NCBI GenBank assembly: GCA_903932505.1
Contig: CAIZGN010000056.1
Span: 1-63,172, forward strand
Length of the DNA stretch: 63,172 nt
Reading direction: 5' to 3'
From: Candidatus Hydrogenedentota bacterium
GTDB lineage: Bacteria; Hydrogenedentota; Hydrogenedentia; Hydrogenedentales; CAIZGN01
The notes beneath the pieces are model-generated. The model saw only the letters and a list, made by a program, of their open reading frames with translations. It was not told the DNA's origin and did no database searches. Shown here piece after piece: positions 1-9,729 of this stretch. Position 1 is the stretch's first letter. Each line of letters opens with the position of its first letter. The position numbers were made by a program, and so were the translations under genes.

Positions 1-2117
1 AGGCCTTGCTCGAGGAACTGTGCGAGCTGATCCCGGAATCGTTGGGCGGTTTCGGGCATGCGCTGGAAGTTGTCTAGGGGTGCCTGGGCGGTGCGGTAGC
101 GCTGGATGTCGGTGAAATCGACGGCGGCTTCGTCGGCTGTGCGGGCTCCGGTGAATGGGTCCCTTCCGGATTGCCAGGTGTAGCGCCATTGATTGGTTCG
201 CATGGAGAGGGCGACCGGGACACCCTGTACGGCGACAGGTTCACCCCGGGTGGTGCTTTGCAGCAGGTCGTGTCCGCCCAATCCGGGGTCGGCGGGCGCA
301 CCGGACAGGGCGAGCAGAGTTGGCGCGACATCCTCGATGGATACGAGGGTGTCGGAGGTGCGCGGGGTCTGGGCGGGGAGTGCCATCAGCAGGGGGATGT
401 GCAGGGTGCTTTCCGTGAGCTGTCGGGTGGGTGGCCCGCCCCGGCGCCAAACGCCCCGCCCGGGTTCGGAGAAGTCAAAGCCGTAGGGCGAGGTGATGAC
501 GATTCCGGGCTGGCCAAGTCCTTCCATGGTTCGCAGACGCTCGAGAAAGGTGCCGAGTTGGCGATCCACATCGGCCAGCGCGGTATCGAAGACATCGACA
601 GGGTCGGCGGTGCGACCACGGCCCAGAAAACCCTCGCCGTAGCGGCGTAGCCGGGTGGGCACACGAAGTTCGCGCAATCGCACGAACACAAAAAACTTTT
701 CGGTGTGGTGCGCGTCGATCCACTGCGCGACCTTGTCCAGGGTGATGCGGGAACCGGCGGGCACGGCGGGGGCGGGTTTTCCGTCCTGTTGTGGCGTGCC
801 GGCGGACTGCACCGGGTACTCGGCGTCGAACATTTCGAAACCGCGCTCGAAACCACTTCCGGCGATCAGGTCTGCGTCGTCGGGGGACTGTCCCTCGGTG
901 AAAGCGGCGGTGACGTAGCCTTGCTGGCTGAGTGCCTCGGCGAGCGTGCGCGTCCGATCCGGCAGCGGACCGCGTCGGTTTTCAAAGAAGCCGTGTCGCA
1001 GGGGATGCTGGCCGGTGAGCAGGGTCATGCAGGCGGCAGCGGCCTCTGGTGCGGGGGTGTACGCCTCGCTCATCTGAATGGCCTCGCTTGCAAGGGCGTC
1101 GATGGCCGGGGTGGTGCTGCGGCGGTAGCCCATGCCGGAAATGCTCTCCGCGCCGAGCCCTTCCACCGCCAGCAGGATGAGCGATGGCGAGGGGGCGGTG
1201 TCGGAACGGCGATGGTAAAAGGGACCGGAGAGCAGGAGCGCCTGACCTGCGGCGGCTTTGGGGCGCACGCCAATGCGCGCAATCCAGGCCGGTTCTTCCT
1301 CAGCGCTCCAAGTAAGCCGACATAGCCCGCCCTGCGGTGGCGTCATGTTCGCGGGGATGCGGAACTCCGCCCAGGCTTTGTCACGCAGGGTGATTTGCTG
1401 CGTGAAGGCGGGTGCGTCCGGGGTGTTGAACTGCAGGGTGACATAGGCGCTGGCGGCGGGGCGCTCGGCATCGGCCGGGTTGGCAAGCCGCAGCAGCACC
1501 TCGCGTCCGGCATTGGGTGCGAGCTCGAATCGGTAGACGGCACCCTCGAAGACCGTGCGGGCGAGAGAGGAAGTGGTGCCCGCCAGGGCGGGTGCGGCCT
1601 CGGGCCAGCGGGCCTCGCGCCCGGCTTCCAGGGCGGTTCGCCATTGCAAAAAGGCGACATTGGCCAGCAGGGCGCAACCGATGCAGCCACCGGCCCATCC
1701 CAGAACATTCCAGCGCGGACCCCGTACGGACTGGGACGCGCTGAAGAGAGACACGAGCTTGAAAAAGAGGTGGATCGAAGCGAACACGGCGAAATAGATG
1801 ATGAGTTCCGCCTTGGCCAGCGAAGGGTGCGGCCAGGGGACGTGCAGATGCGTGAGATAGGGCAGAAAGGCAAGTATGCCGATCTGGGACAGGGCCTCAA
1901 AAAAAACGGGGCCCCGGTCGGAACTGGGTTTGGCGAGACGCAGGATCATCATGTAGGCGAACTGGAGCGCGGCGTAGGCACAGGCCGCTATTCCCGCGAG
2001 GATGAGGCCGCTGGTGAAGGTCGGCACGAAGCCTTGCTGGGCGAGCAGACGTCGTGCGAGTATCCCGACAATGCCGGAGGAAAGACCAAGCATTACCCCG
2101 TAGAATGGCAGGGTCAT
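1..2117 (-). CDS. membrane-anchored sulfatase-like / alkaline-phosphatase-superfamily protein (LtaS/MdoB-type architecture); 3' end lies outside the window
   Basis: Minus-strand frame open from ATG at 2117 to the left edge. It is absent from the ORF track because it has no stop in the window. My translation starts MTLPFYGVMLGLSSGIVGILARR and has about 5 hydrophobic segments, followed by a sulfatase-type core (LILLAVEGLGAESISGMGYRR, CMTLLTGQHPLRHGFF, GIVITSPYGFDFSEPG). The frame is continuous: 2117 to the internal ATG at 1346 is a multiple of 3. Confidence 0.6.
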   Translation of the reverse strand, partial: MTLPFYGVMLGLSSGIVGILARRLLAQQGFVPTFTSGLILAGIAACAYAALQFAYMMILRLAKPSSDRGPVFFEALSQIGILAFLPYLTHLHVPWPHPSLAKAELIIYFAVFASIHLFFKLVSLFSASQSVRGPRWNVLGWAGGCIGCALLANVAFLQWRTALEAGREARWPEAAPALAGTTSSLARTVFEGAVYRFELAPNAGREVLLRLANPADAERPAASAYVTLQFNTPDAPAFTQQITLRDKAWAEFRIPANMTPPQGGLCRLTWSAEEEPAWIARIGVRPKAAAGQALLLSGPFYHRRSDTAPSPSLILLAVEGLGAESISGMGYRRSTTPAIDALASEAIQMSEAYTPAPEAAAACMTLLTGQHPLRHGFFENRRGPLPDRTRTLAEALSQQGYVTAAFTEGQSPDDADLIAGSGFERGFEMFDAEYPVQSAGTPQQDGKPAPAVPAGSRITLDKVAQWIDAHHTEKFFVFVRLRELRVPTRLRRYGEGFLGRGRTADPVDVFDTALADVDRQLGTFLERLRTMEGLGQPGIVITSPYGFDFSEPGRGVWRRGGPPTRQLTESTLHIPLLMALPAQTPRTSDTLVSIEDVAPTLLALSGAPADPGLGGHDLLQSTTRGEPVAVQGVPVALSMRTNQWRYTWQSGRDPFTGARTADEAAVDFTDIQRYRTAQAPLDNFQRMPETAQRFRDQLAQFLEQG

Positions 2118-2146
2118 GGCATGCTCCGGGTGAGAGACGCAAGCAC

Positions 2147-2185
2147 ATCCCCCGGGACTTCGCGCTCCGTCCTTTGAAGGGGGAT
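2147..2185. repeat. degenerate copy of the REP-like nested-hairpin element (copy A)
   Basis: ATCCCCCGGGACTTCGCGCTCCGTCCTTTGAAGGGGGAT. It shares the ATCCCCCGG...TTTGAAGGGGG(AT) parts with the copy at 34171-34234. It lies in the divergent intergenic region upstream of secA. Confidence 0.4.
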
Positions 2186-2426
2186 TTCTTTGCGCTTCGC
2201 GCTGGGGGCGCAGTGGCGGTGCTGTTCCAGCACAAACCGGCTGGAGGGACGGTGGCAACCGGCCCTGGGCATGCAAAAAGCGGCTGCGACGCTGCACAAG
2301 CGGTGATATGAATCTCGCACGCCCAAGTAGGCTCCTTCCCCGATGTTTCGACGCTGAATGGACATATCCAGCGACTCTCTGTTATCATAAATCCTAACAT
2401 CTTGCCAGGCTTGGAGGCCAATTCCC

Positions 2427-5183
2427 TTGTTTTTAGATTTTCTTAAGAAGATCTTTGGCACCGCCAAAGATCGTGACATACGGCGGCTGATGCCGCTGGT
2501 GGACGATGTGCGTGGGCTTGAACCGCGCTTTTCCGCCATGACTAATGACACGCTGCGCATGCAAACGGCCCTGCTCAAGGAGCGTCTGGCTGCGGGCGCG
2601 ACACTGGACGAACTTCTGCCCGACGCCTTTGCAACCGTGCGCGAGGCCGCCAAGCGCGTGGTGGGGATGCGCCCCTTTGACGTGCAGATTCTGGGTGGCC
2701 TCGCGCTGCATCAGGGCAAAATCGCCGAAATGGTGACGGGCGAGGGCAAGACGCTGGTGGGCGTGATGCCGATGTACCTCAACGCGCTGGACGGGCGCGG
2801 GGTGCATGTGGTCACGGTTAATGACTATCTGGCCCGACGCGACCGGGACTGGATGGGCCCCATCTTCGAGTTTCTGGGCCTTTCGGCCGGTTTGATCCAG
2901 CATGACATGGACACGCGCGAGCGCCAGGTGGGCTATCGCGCGGACATTACCTATGGCACGAACAACGAATACGGGTTCGACTACCTGCGCGACAATATGG
3001 CGCACCGACCGGAATTGCGCGTGCAGCGAGGCCGCAATTACGCCATCGTCGACGAGGTGGACTCGATTCTGATTGACGAGGCGCGCACGCCCCTCATTAT
3101 TTCCGGTCGCCCCGAAAAAAGCAGTGACCTGTATCTGAAAGTGGACGAGGCGGTGCGCCGGCTGCGGCAGGGACCGCATTTCGAGCTTGAAGAAAAGGGG
3201 CACCACGTGCTGATGTCCGAAGAGGGCATGGAGACGGCGGAGCGGCTGTTGGGGGTGCAGGATCTCTACACGGACGACACGATGGGTCTCGTGCACATGC
3301 TCGAGCAATCGCTGAAGGCGCACTACTTTTACAAGCGCGACAAAGAATACATCGTGGACAAGGACGGCGAGGTGCTCATCGTCGATGAGTTCACGGGTCG
3401 CGCGATGGAAGGTCGCCGCTATTCCGATGGTCTGCACCAGGCTCTCGAGGCGAAAGAGCGTGTCCCTCTGCGTTTTGAGTCGCAGACCGTGGCCACGATT
3501 ACCTATCAGAACTATTTCCGCCTGTACAGCAAGCTCGCGGGCATGACGGGTACGGCGGCGACGGAAGCCATCGAATTCGCGAAGATTTACAACCTTGAAG
3601 TTTTTCAGGTGCCCACAAACCTGCCGCTTATCCGCGCTGACCGCAACGACTTGGTCTTTGCGACGGAAAAAGGCAAGTTCGACTATGTGGCGCGTGAGAT
3701 CGAGCGCATTCACGAGTCCGGTCGGCCCATCCTGGTCGGTACGGTCTCGATCGAAAAGTCGGAATATGTCTCGAAGCTGCTCGAAGAGCGCGGATTGACG
3801 GATCACGAGGTGTTGAACGCGAAACACCATGAGCGCGAGGCTTCGATTGTGGCCAACGCCGGTAAGCGCGGAGCCATTACTATTGCGACGAACATGGCGG
3901 GACGTGGAACGGACATCAAGCTGGCGGAAGGCGTACGCGAGGCCGGTGGACTGTATATTATCGGTACTGAGCGGCACGAATCGCGCCGGATTGACAACCA
4001 ATTGCGCGGCCGTTGCGGTCGTCAGGGTGATCCGGGCACCACGCGTTTCTATGTCAGCCTCGAAGACGAGGTGGCGCGTCTTTTCGGCGGCGACCGCGTG
4101 AAAAAGATGCTCGCGATGTTCGGCAGTCAGGATGGCATGGATGCCGAACCGCTGAGTCAGCGCATGGTTTCGCGTTCGATCGAACGATCCCAGCGTCAAG
4201 TTGAGGAATTCAACTACGAGATCCGCAAACACTTGCTCGACTATGACTTGGTGATGGACAAACAGCGCAAGTACATCTACGCCATGCGCGAGGAAGTACT
4301 TGAAGATCGCGACATCACCGAGCGGTTGATGCAGATGTTCGACAACATCATTGCCGACTGCGTGGATGAGTTTGCCCCGGAGAAAGTCGAACCGGAGGAA
4401 TGGAATCTCGACGGCCTGCAAATGGCGATGCGCAAATTCTTCGGTTATGACCTGGACCTGAGCGGCAAGTCGGATGAGACGCCGATGCGGCTTGAGGACA
4501 GCCTCGGAGCACAGGTGCGCAAGGAGTACCACCGCCGCGAGAGAATCATCGCCGAAGATATCCATGAGCGTTTCAAGACGGAAGTGGGTAGCGATGATTC
4601 CAACATTGACTTTGACGCAATGGCGCGCAAGCAGGTGCACAATCTGGAGCTGATGGCACTCTTGCGGTCGGTGGACGACAAATGGATTGAACATCTGTAC
4701 AGCATGGACTACCTGCGGGATTCTGTCCGGCTGCGTGCCTACGGGCAAAAAGATCCGCTCCTGGAATACAAGCAGGAAGGTTTCGAGATGTTCGAGGACA
4801 TGGTGCGCAGCATTGAAGAGGACGTCGTGCAGACGCTCTTCCGCATCACGGACCCCGAACTGTATGGGCGTCGGGCGCAAGCGCGCCAGCGTTTGCAAAC
4901 TTCGCAACCTCAGGAAGATCCCTTTGCCAAGCTGCGGCAGTACAGCTATGTGGCGGCGGACAAGGAGGCCGATAGCAGCTTCGCCTCGTTCGACAACACC
5001 CGCTTCAATCTCGCCGGGCAGGCGTCCGCAGCGCAGTCCGTGGAAGGTGGCGGCGGTGGCGGCTCAGCTGAACGTCCGAAGCGCGCGCCGGTTCGTGTCG
5101 CCCCGAAGGTGGGGCCCAACGATGATTGTCCCTGCGGCAGCGGCAAAAAGTACAAGAAGTGCTGCGGCAAGCAGGTGGACTAG
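2427..5183 (+). CDS. secA: preprotein translocase ATPase SecA
   Basis: 918-aa ORF from TTG. N-terminus MFLDFLKKIFGTAKDRDIRRL. Motor motifs MVTGEGKTLV and IVDEVDSILIDEARTPLIISG, plus TNMAGRGTDIKL. C-terminal zinc-binding tail CPCGSGKKYKKCCG, typical of SecA. Confidence 0.97.
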   Translation: MFLDFLKKIFGTAKDRDIRRLMPLVDDVRGLEPRFSAMTNDTLRMQTALLKERLAAGATLDELLPDAFATVREAAKRVVGMRPFDVQILGGLALHQGKIAEMVTGEGKTLVGVMPMYLNALDGRGVHVVTVNDYLARRDRDWMGPIFEFLGLSAGLIQHDMDTRERQVGYRADITYGTNNEYGFDYLRDNMAHRPELRVQRGRNYAIVDEVDSILIDEARTPLIISGRPEKSSDLYLKVDEAVRRLRQGPHFELEEKGHHVLMSEEGMETAERLLGVQDLYTDDTMGLVHMLEQSLKAHYFYKRDKEYIVDKDGEVLIVDEFTGRAMEGRRYSDGLHQALEAKERVPLRFESQTVATITYQNYFRLYSKLAGMTGTAATEAIEFAKIYNLEVFQVPTNLPLIRADRNDLVFATEKGKFDYVAREIERIHESGRPILVGTVSIEKSEYVSKLLEERGLTDHEVLNAKHHEREASIVANAGKRGAITIATNMAGRGTDIKLAEGVREAGGLYIIGTERHESRRIDNQLRGRCGRQGDPGTTRFYVSLEDEVARLFGGDRVKKMLAMFGSQDGMDAEPLSQRMVSRSIERSQRQVEEFNYEIRKHLLDYDLVMDKQRKYIYAMREEVLEDRDITERLMQMFDNIIADCVDEFAPEKVEPEEWNLDGLQMAMRKFFGYDLDLSGKSDETPMRLEDSLGAQVRKEYHRRERIIAEDIHERFKTEVGSDDSNIDFDAMARKQVHNLELMALLRSVDDKWIEHLYSMDYLRDSVRLRAYGQKDPLLEYKQEGFEMFEDMVRSIEEDVVQTLFRITDPELYGRRAQARQRLQTSQPQEDPFAKLRQYSYVAADKEADSSFASFDNTRFNLAGQASAAQSVEGGGGGGSAERPKRAPVRVAPKVGPNDDCPCGSGKKYKKCCGKQVD

Positions 5184-5188
5184 CCGGT

Positions 5189-5866
5189 ATGACGCGCTCA
5201 TACACCGTCCGGCGCGTTGTCGCGCCCATTGCCATTGATGCGGCTTGGGATGCGCCTGAGTGGCAAGTCGCTGACCCGCTTGAGGTGGATCAATTTCATC
5301 CGGCCGGAAGCGCACACCGTCCCCGCACGCTGGCCCGCCTCGTTTACGACGAGAACGCCCTGTATGGCATCTTCTCCGTGGCGGATCGCTATGTGAGGTG
5401 CGTCCACATGGGCTACCAAAGCGATGTGTATGAGGACGCGTGCGTGGAATTCTTCGTGCAGCCCGCCGAAGGCCATGGCTACTTCAATTTTGAGATGAAC
5501 GCCTGCGGACAACTTCTTTGCGGGCATGTGGAAGACCCCACCCGGTTGCCGAACGGCGACCTGCTCAAAAGCGAGCGATTGCCGGAGGCACTGGGTCGCA
5601 CGGTCGAGGTGCGCGGGCCGTTTTTCGCGTCGGTGCCTGAAGAAATCGCGGACCCGCTCACATGGACGCTGGGGTTCCGGATTCCGTTGGCGGTGATGGC
5701 GCATTATGTCGGACCGCTGGGCGATCTCAAGGGGAAGACGTGGCACGCGAACTTCAACAAGTGCGCCGAAAACAATTCGCATCCGCACTGGGCCACATGG
5801 TCACCCATCGGAGAAGCACTGAATTTTCACCAGCCGGACAAGTTCGGGCGTCTAGTTTTTGAATAG
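5189..5866 (+). CDS. carbohydrate-binding family 9-like (CBM9/DOMON-like) domain protein
   Basis: ATG at 5189, 5 nt after the secA stop; the 5126 start would overlap secA. Pattern IDAAWDAPEW...ARLVYDENALYGIFSVADRYV...DACVEFFVQP...GYFNFEMNACG resembles CBM9-like domains as I recall them. Confidence 0.55.
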   Translation: MTRSYTVRRVVAPIAIDAAWDAPEWQVADPLEVDQFHPAGSAHRPRTLARLVYDENALYGIFSVADRYVRCVHMGYQSDVYEDACVEFFVQPAEGHGYFNFEMNACGQLLCGHVEDPTRLPNGDLLKSERLPEALGRTVEVRGPFFASVPEEIADPLTWTLGFRIPLAVMAHYVGPLGDLKGKTWHANFNKCAENNSHPHWATWSPIGEALNFHQPDKFGRLVFE

Positions 5867-6002
5867 CTGAACCCTTTTGAAAACGATGGAATCCCGTCTG
5901 CGCAGCAATGCGAGAGAATAACCCACGGCCTGTCGCCCTGAAAACGGACATGCCGCGCGAAGCGCCGGGGGATGTTTTTTCTCGCCATAGAGGAGAATAT
6001 CC

Positions 6003-7388
6003 ATGACCCCTGAAATCCCAAAATACGCCCCCGTGGAAACGGCGGTGGAATTGCTGCGTGGTTTGGGCGGGCAGTTTGCCGTGGTGTCCAACCCCCAGTA
6101 TGTCTTCCCGCCCTACGACCTCTATCCTTTTGCACCGCCCGCCGCCGAATTGCGCGAGGGGCTGTTTGGCGCGGTGATGGACATGGACGGCACGACCACC
6201 ACAACGGAACCGCTCTGTATTCATTCGCTCGAAACCATGGTACGGAGAATTACGAATCGGCCCACGAAAGGCGTGTGGAGCGGATTGGATCAGGCGCGGG
6301 ACTACCCGCACATTATCGGTAACAGCACCACAAAGCATGTCGAATACCTCATCCAGACCTATGGTTCGCACATTTCGCTTGATGCCGTGCGCGCGTGGCA
6401 TATTCGGGCGGCCGCCTGGACTTTGGGGCAGGGCGCAGACGAAGGACGCCGTCGCGAGGTGCGCTCGAATGTGCTGGCGCTGGGCGCGGGCGCGCTGCTA
6501 GACGACAGGCGATTTCATGCGCTCATGGTCGGTGCCGTCGAAGGATCGAATGCGGATACGCTGGTGGGTGGGCTCGTGGCGCAGTTTGGTTCCGCCTACG
6601 CGATCGACCAAACCCCCGCACTGGTGCGCCTCTCGGTTGATATTTATTACCAGCGCTATCACGAGATTCTAGCTCGTATTGAGGCGGGTGAAGGCGAGGA
6701 TGTGGCCGCCTCCGTGCTCGGCCAGTCCGGTGGAAATCTTATCGAGCCGATGCCCGGCGTGGGTGTTTATCTCGCGTTGATCAAGGGTTGGCTTGGCGCG
6801 GATGCGCAGGGTTGCGCGCCCGCCTTGGTGGCACATCTGCAGAAGACGGGCGATGCCGAGGGTGTTGACCTGAAAGGAGCGGCGGAACTGTTGCGCACAC
6901 TCGGCGCGCACTTCGCTGCGCATCCCGCCCGCGCCGCCATTGTGACCTCCTCCATCGAATACGAGGCTGGCATCGTGCTCGGGGAAGTATTTCGCATTCT
7001 TCAGGACGAGGTGGATGATTGGGACATTCCCGCCGAAAAACGCGCGTTCATCCGCCAGGGTTTTGCCGACCCGCTCGCTTTCTACAACGGCTTCATCACC
7101 GCCTCAGACTCCAGCGAGATCCGGCTGAAGCCCCACCGCGATCTTTACTCACTGGCCCTGTACCGGATTGGCATCCTGCCGCAGGATTTCGCCAACGTGG
7201 CGGGCTTTGAGGACAGCGAATCCGGCACCATCGCCATTCGTGCGGCGGGGATTCCCTTGTGCTGCGCACTGCCCTTCCACATGACCCGGGGCCACACATT
7301 CCACGCCGCCACCCACACCTGCCCCGGCGGATTGCCCGAAGTCATCCTGCGGCATCGCGCCTTTCTGCCCGCTGGGCTTGTGTTGTAA
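6003..7388 (+). CDS. HAD-superfamily hydrolase-like protein with large insert
   Basis: 461-aa ORF. HAD motif I DMDGTTT (DxDxT) near residue 60. Late GFEDSESG resembles the HAD motif IV region. Function unknown. Confidence 0.5.
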   Translation: MTPEIPKYAPVETAVELLRGLGGQFAVVSNPQYVFPPYDLYPFAPPAAELREGLFGAVMDMDGTTTTTEPLCIHSLETMVRRITNRPTKGVWSGLDQARDYPHIIGNSTTKHVEYLIQTYGSHISLDAVRAWHIRAAAWTLGQGADEGRRREVRSNVLALGAGALLDDRRFHALMVGAVEGSNADTLVGGLVAQFGSAYAIDQTPALVRLSVDIYYQRYHEILARIEAGEGEDVAASVLGQSGGNLIEPMPGVGVYLALIKGWLGADAQGCAPALVAHLQKTGDAEGVDLKGAAELLRTLGAHFAAHPARAAIVTSSIEYEAGIVLGEVFRILQDEVDDWDIPAEKRAFIRQGFADPLAFYNGFITASDSSEIRLKPHRDLYSLALYRIGILPQDFANVAGFEDSESGTIAIRAAGIPLCCALPFHMTRGHTFHAATHTCPGGLPEVILRHRAFLPAGLVL

Positions 7389-7397
7389 TCCGGTCGC

Positions 7398-9665
7398 CTA
7401 TGCAGTGGGTCGTAGGAAGCGGGCCGGTAGTACTTTGCGGGACATGTTCTCCATGATTTTTGCCAGGCGCGGTTCAAGTGGTTCGCGGTACAGTTCCATG
7501 CCGAACATCAGGACGCCGTACAAGAAGGCAAAGAGCAGCGGCAGTGGCGTGGGGGTTCCGGCAAGCGGCCACTGCAGGTACAATGCCCACCCAAACGCAG
7601 CGGTCACGGCGGTCATGAGATTCGCCGTGTGCCGTCCCCGCCCTTCGCGCAAAGCGAGCGCCAGCATCCATAGCACGGTGACAAATACCATCCAGTCGAT
7701 CCAGTAGTAGGTGGCATATTCACGTTGCATCCAGTGGCTTCCGGCGGTGGTGATTAGATCGTAGAAGACATACCCCGCTATGCCGGTGATATACATCCAA
7801 GCCATGCCCAAGGCGCGCGAGAGGCGTTCCGGCTCTTCAGCGAAGAACAGGAGCGGGACGAGCAGCAAGATGAAGTAGTAGTAGGTGGCGGAGGCGAGGA
7901 AGAAGCACGGCACAAAACCCAAGATGATGGACTGATAGGGCTTGAGTCCGCGTGCTGCGATCAGCGCCAGGAGCAGGGAACCGCCCTGAATGGACCACCA
8001 CAGACCTTTGTAGGTTTCAAACCACTTGTCCTGACACACCGGCGTCCAGTCGCGGAAAGGGGTGGTCCAGCCGATCGCAGAGTTGAAGGACGCCAAAAAG
8101 ATGTATTTGAAGCCGAGACGCCAAGTGGAAATGCTGTCATTGTGAAACCGAATCTTGGCGGCGAAGTCCTGCCACAGGGCTATCCCGCGCCAATAGACCA
8201 AACTGCCGAGCAGGATGCCCCCGATAAGCACGATGAAGGTGGTGAAGTAGCGGCCATATTGGGTGAGGCGCTGTTTTCTTCCGGCGTCTGTGTCTTCCGC
8301 GATGCCCAAGCCCCAATGGGGAAAGCGTTTCTGTAACCCGGGCAATGCGGCGTCGAAAAGCTCCCAGAAGATCTTGGCACCGATGCCGAAAAGAAAGACC
8401 ACGGGAAAGACGCGCGACAGCACGGCCCAGCCCGTGAGCACCCCGGCGAGCGCGTAGCGTTCTTTTTTCACCAGGCACACCGTCATGATGAGGCACATGA
8501 CAAAATCAGTGCGGACAAACGCGCCCTTCATGTGCCACCAGTGCATGACATAATGAGTGCCGAGCAGGACGAGCATGAACATCGCCGCGCGTCCACCAAA
8601 GGTCCAGATGACCAAACCGGTGGCAATCGTAATGAGGAGTGGATCCAGCATGGCAAGAAACATCATCTGCCAGGGTCGGTCGGGGCTGAAATGGTTGCTG
8701 AAAATCCCGCCCACCACCATTGAAACCACGGGCGTCGAGTTATACCCCTTGTCCTGCAGGATGCCGCTCCATCGCAAAACGGGCATCTGGTCGAGATTCT
8801 TGAACCACACGATATCCCGTACGAATTGCTTCCATCGTTCCTCACTGAAAAGAGCTTTGTACTTTTCCCGATCGGCCAGCACCTGCTTGACGGTCAGGCT
8901 GTGATCGCCGGTGGCCAGATTTCGGAGGGTACCGGACTTAGAGCGGAATTTCATCCCTGTTTCATCGTCCGCCACCAGGGTGGCGGCATACATGTTGGTG
9001 TAGCCCACCTCGGCTGCGTATTTGGTGCCAATGTAGTAGTGGTAAAACTCGTAGGCATTAAAAAAGTGGCTGAACTCAGGGGTATAGTTGGGTTCATCCG
9101 CGCGGTTGAGTTCTGGCGCGCGAAAGAAACCCAAGTGCTCCTCGAAGAAAATGTAGTTGCACACGGAAAGCAGTGCGCAGAAACCCAGCACAACGGAAAG
9201 AAAGGTGCGGGCGGTAAACCTCGCGTCCTCCGCCTTGCGCGGGTTGTGTTTCTCTCGGCGGATCCAGAATCCGGTACGTTGAAACCGGGGGCCGAAGGCA
9301 AAAGCCAGTGCGACCACGCTCGCCACCAAGGGAAGCGTCACGAAAACATGGGTCCACCCGCCAAAGCGAGCACCATTCCATAAGGGGAGCAGCGGGTAAA
9401 TCCAAGATGGTGTTTGCAGGGCGCGTCGAACCATCGTTCGCGGCTTGGCGGTCGCAGGGCTGGCGGTAACCTTGACCGGCGCGGCAGGTGGCGTGCCGAC
9501 TGTTGGGGCAGGGGTTGTGGCCGCATCGCTTTCCGGGGCGGATTCCTGCAACTGGGCATGGAGATTCCCCGCCATTCCCAGCATGGCACCCAAGGCGATC
9601 AAAAATACCCACACCCATGATTTCAAGAAGCGTTCATGCCCGATGGCGGTTCCATTCATTTCCAT
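7398..9665 (-). CDS. large polytopic integral membrane protein, function unknown
   Basis: 755-aa ORF with a signal-like N-terminus (FLIALGAMLGMAGNLHA), an Ala/Pro/Thr-rich linker and then many hydrophobic segments. Coding-like composition. Converges on the HAD gene with a 9-nt gap. Confidence 0.6.
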   Translation of the reverse strand: MEMNGTAIGHERFLKSWVWVFLIALGAMLGMAGNLHAQLQESAPESDAATTPAPTVGTPPAAPVKVTASPATAKPRTMVRRALQTPSWIYPLLPLWNGARFGGWTHVFVTLPLVASVVALAFAFGPRFQRTGFWIRREKHNPRKAEDARFTARTFLSVVLGFCALLSVCNYIFFEEHLGFFRAPELNRADEPNYTPEFSHFFNAYEFYHYYIGTKYAAEVGYTNMYAATLVADDETGMKFRSKSGTLRNLATGDHSLTVKQVLADREKYKALFSEERWKQFVRDIVWFKNLDQMPVLRWSGILQDKGYNSTPVVSMVVGGIFSNHFSPDRPWQMMFLAMLDPLLITIATGLVIWTFGGRAAMFMLVLLGTHYVMHWWHMKGAFVRTDFVMCLIMTVCLVKKERYALAGVLTGWAVLSRVFPVVFLFGIGAKIFWELFDAALPGLQKRFPHWGLGIAEDTDAGRKQRLTQYGRYFTTFIVLIGGILLGSLVYWRGIALWQDFAAKIRFHNDSISTWRLGFKYIFLASFNSAIGWTTPFRDWTPVCQDKWFETYKGLWWSIQGGSLLLALIAARGLKPYQSIILGFVPCFFLASATYYYFILLLVPLLFFAEEPERLSRALGMAWMYITGIAGYVFYDLITTAGSHWMQREYATYYWIDWMVFVTVLWMLALALREGRGRHTANLMTAVTAAFGWALYLQWPLAGTPTPLPLLFAFLYGVLMFGMELYREPLEPRLAKIMENMSRKVLPARFLRPTA

Positions 9666-9729
9666 GTCCTACCTTGCATTCTTCGGGGAAACCCGTTTCA
9701 TTTCAGTCTTCCTGCCTTGGACGGGCCTA

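Noticed and set aside
155-2177. Cluster of plus- and minus-strand track ORFs (e.g. 705..1325 +, 1395..2177 +, 1343..1900 -)
   Set aside because: Their translations are G/R/A-rich nonsense. The uninterrupted minus-strand frame from 2117 to the window edge gives TM helices followed by a sulfatase-fold core and explains the whole region.
2433-4907. 824-aa ORF on the minus strand, opposite secA
   Set aside because: It is fully embedded antisense to an unambiguous secA. The translation is R/H/L/V-rich with no motifs. This is a typical shadow ORF of high-GC coding DNA.
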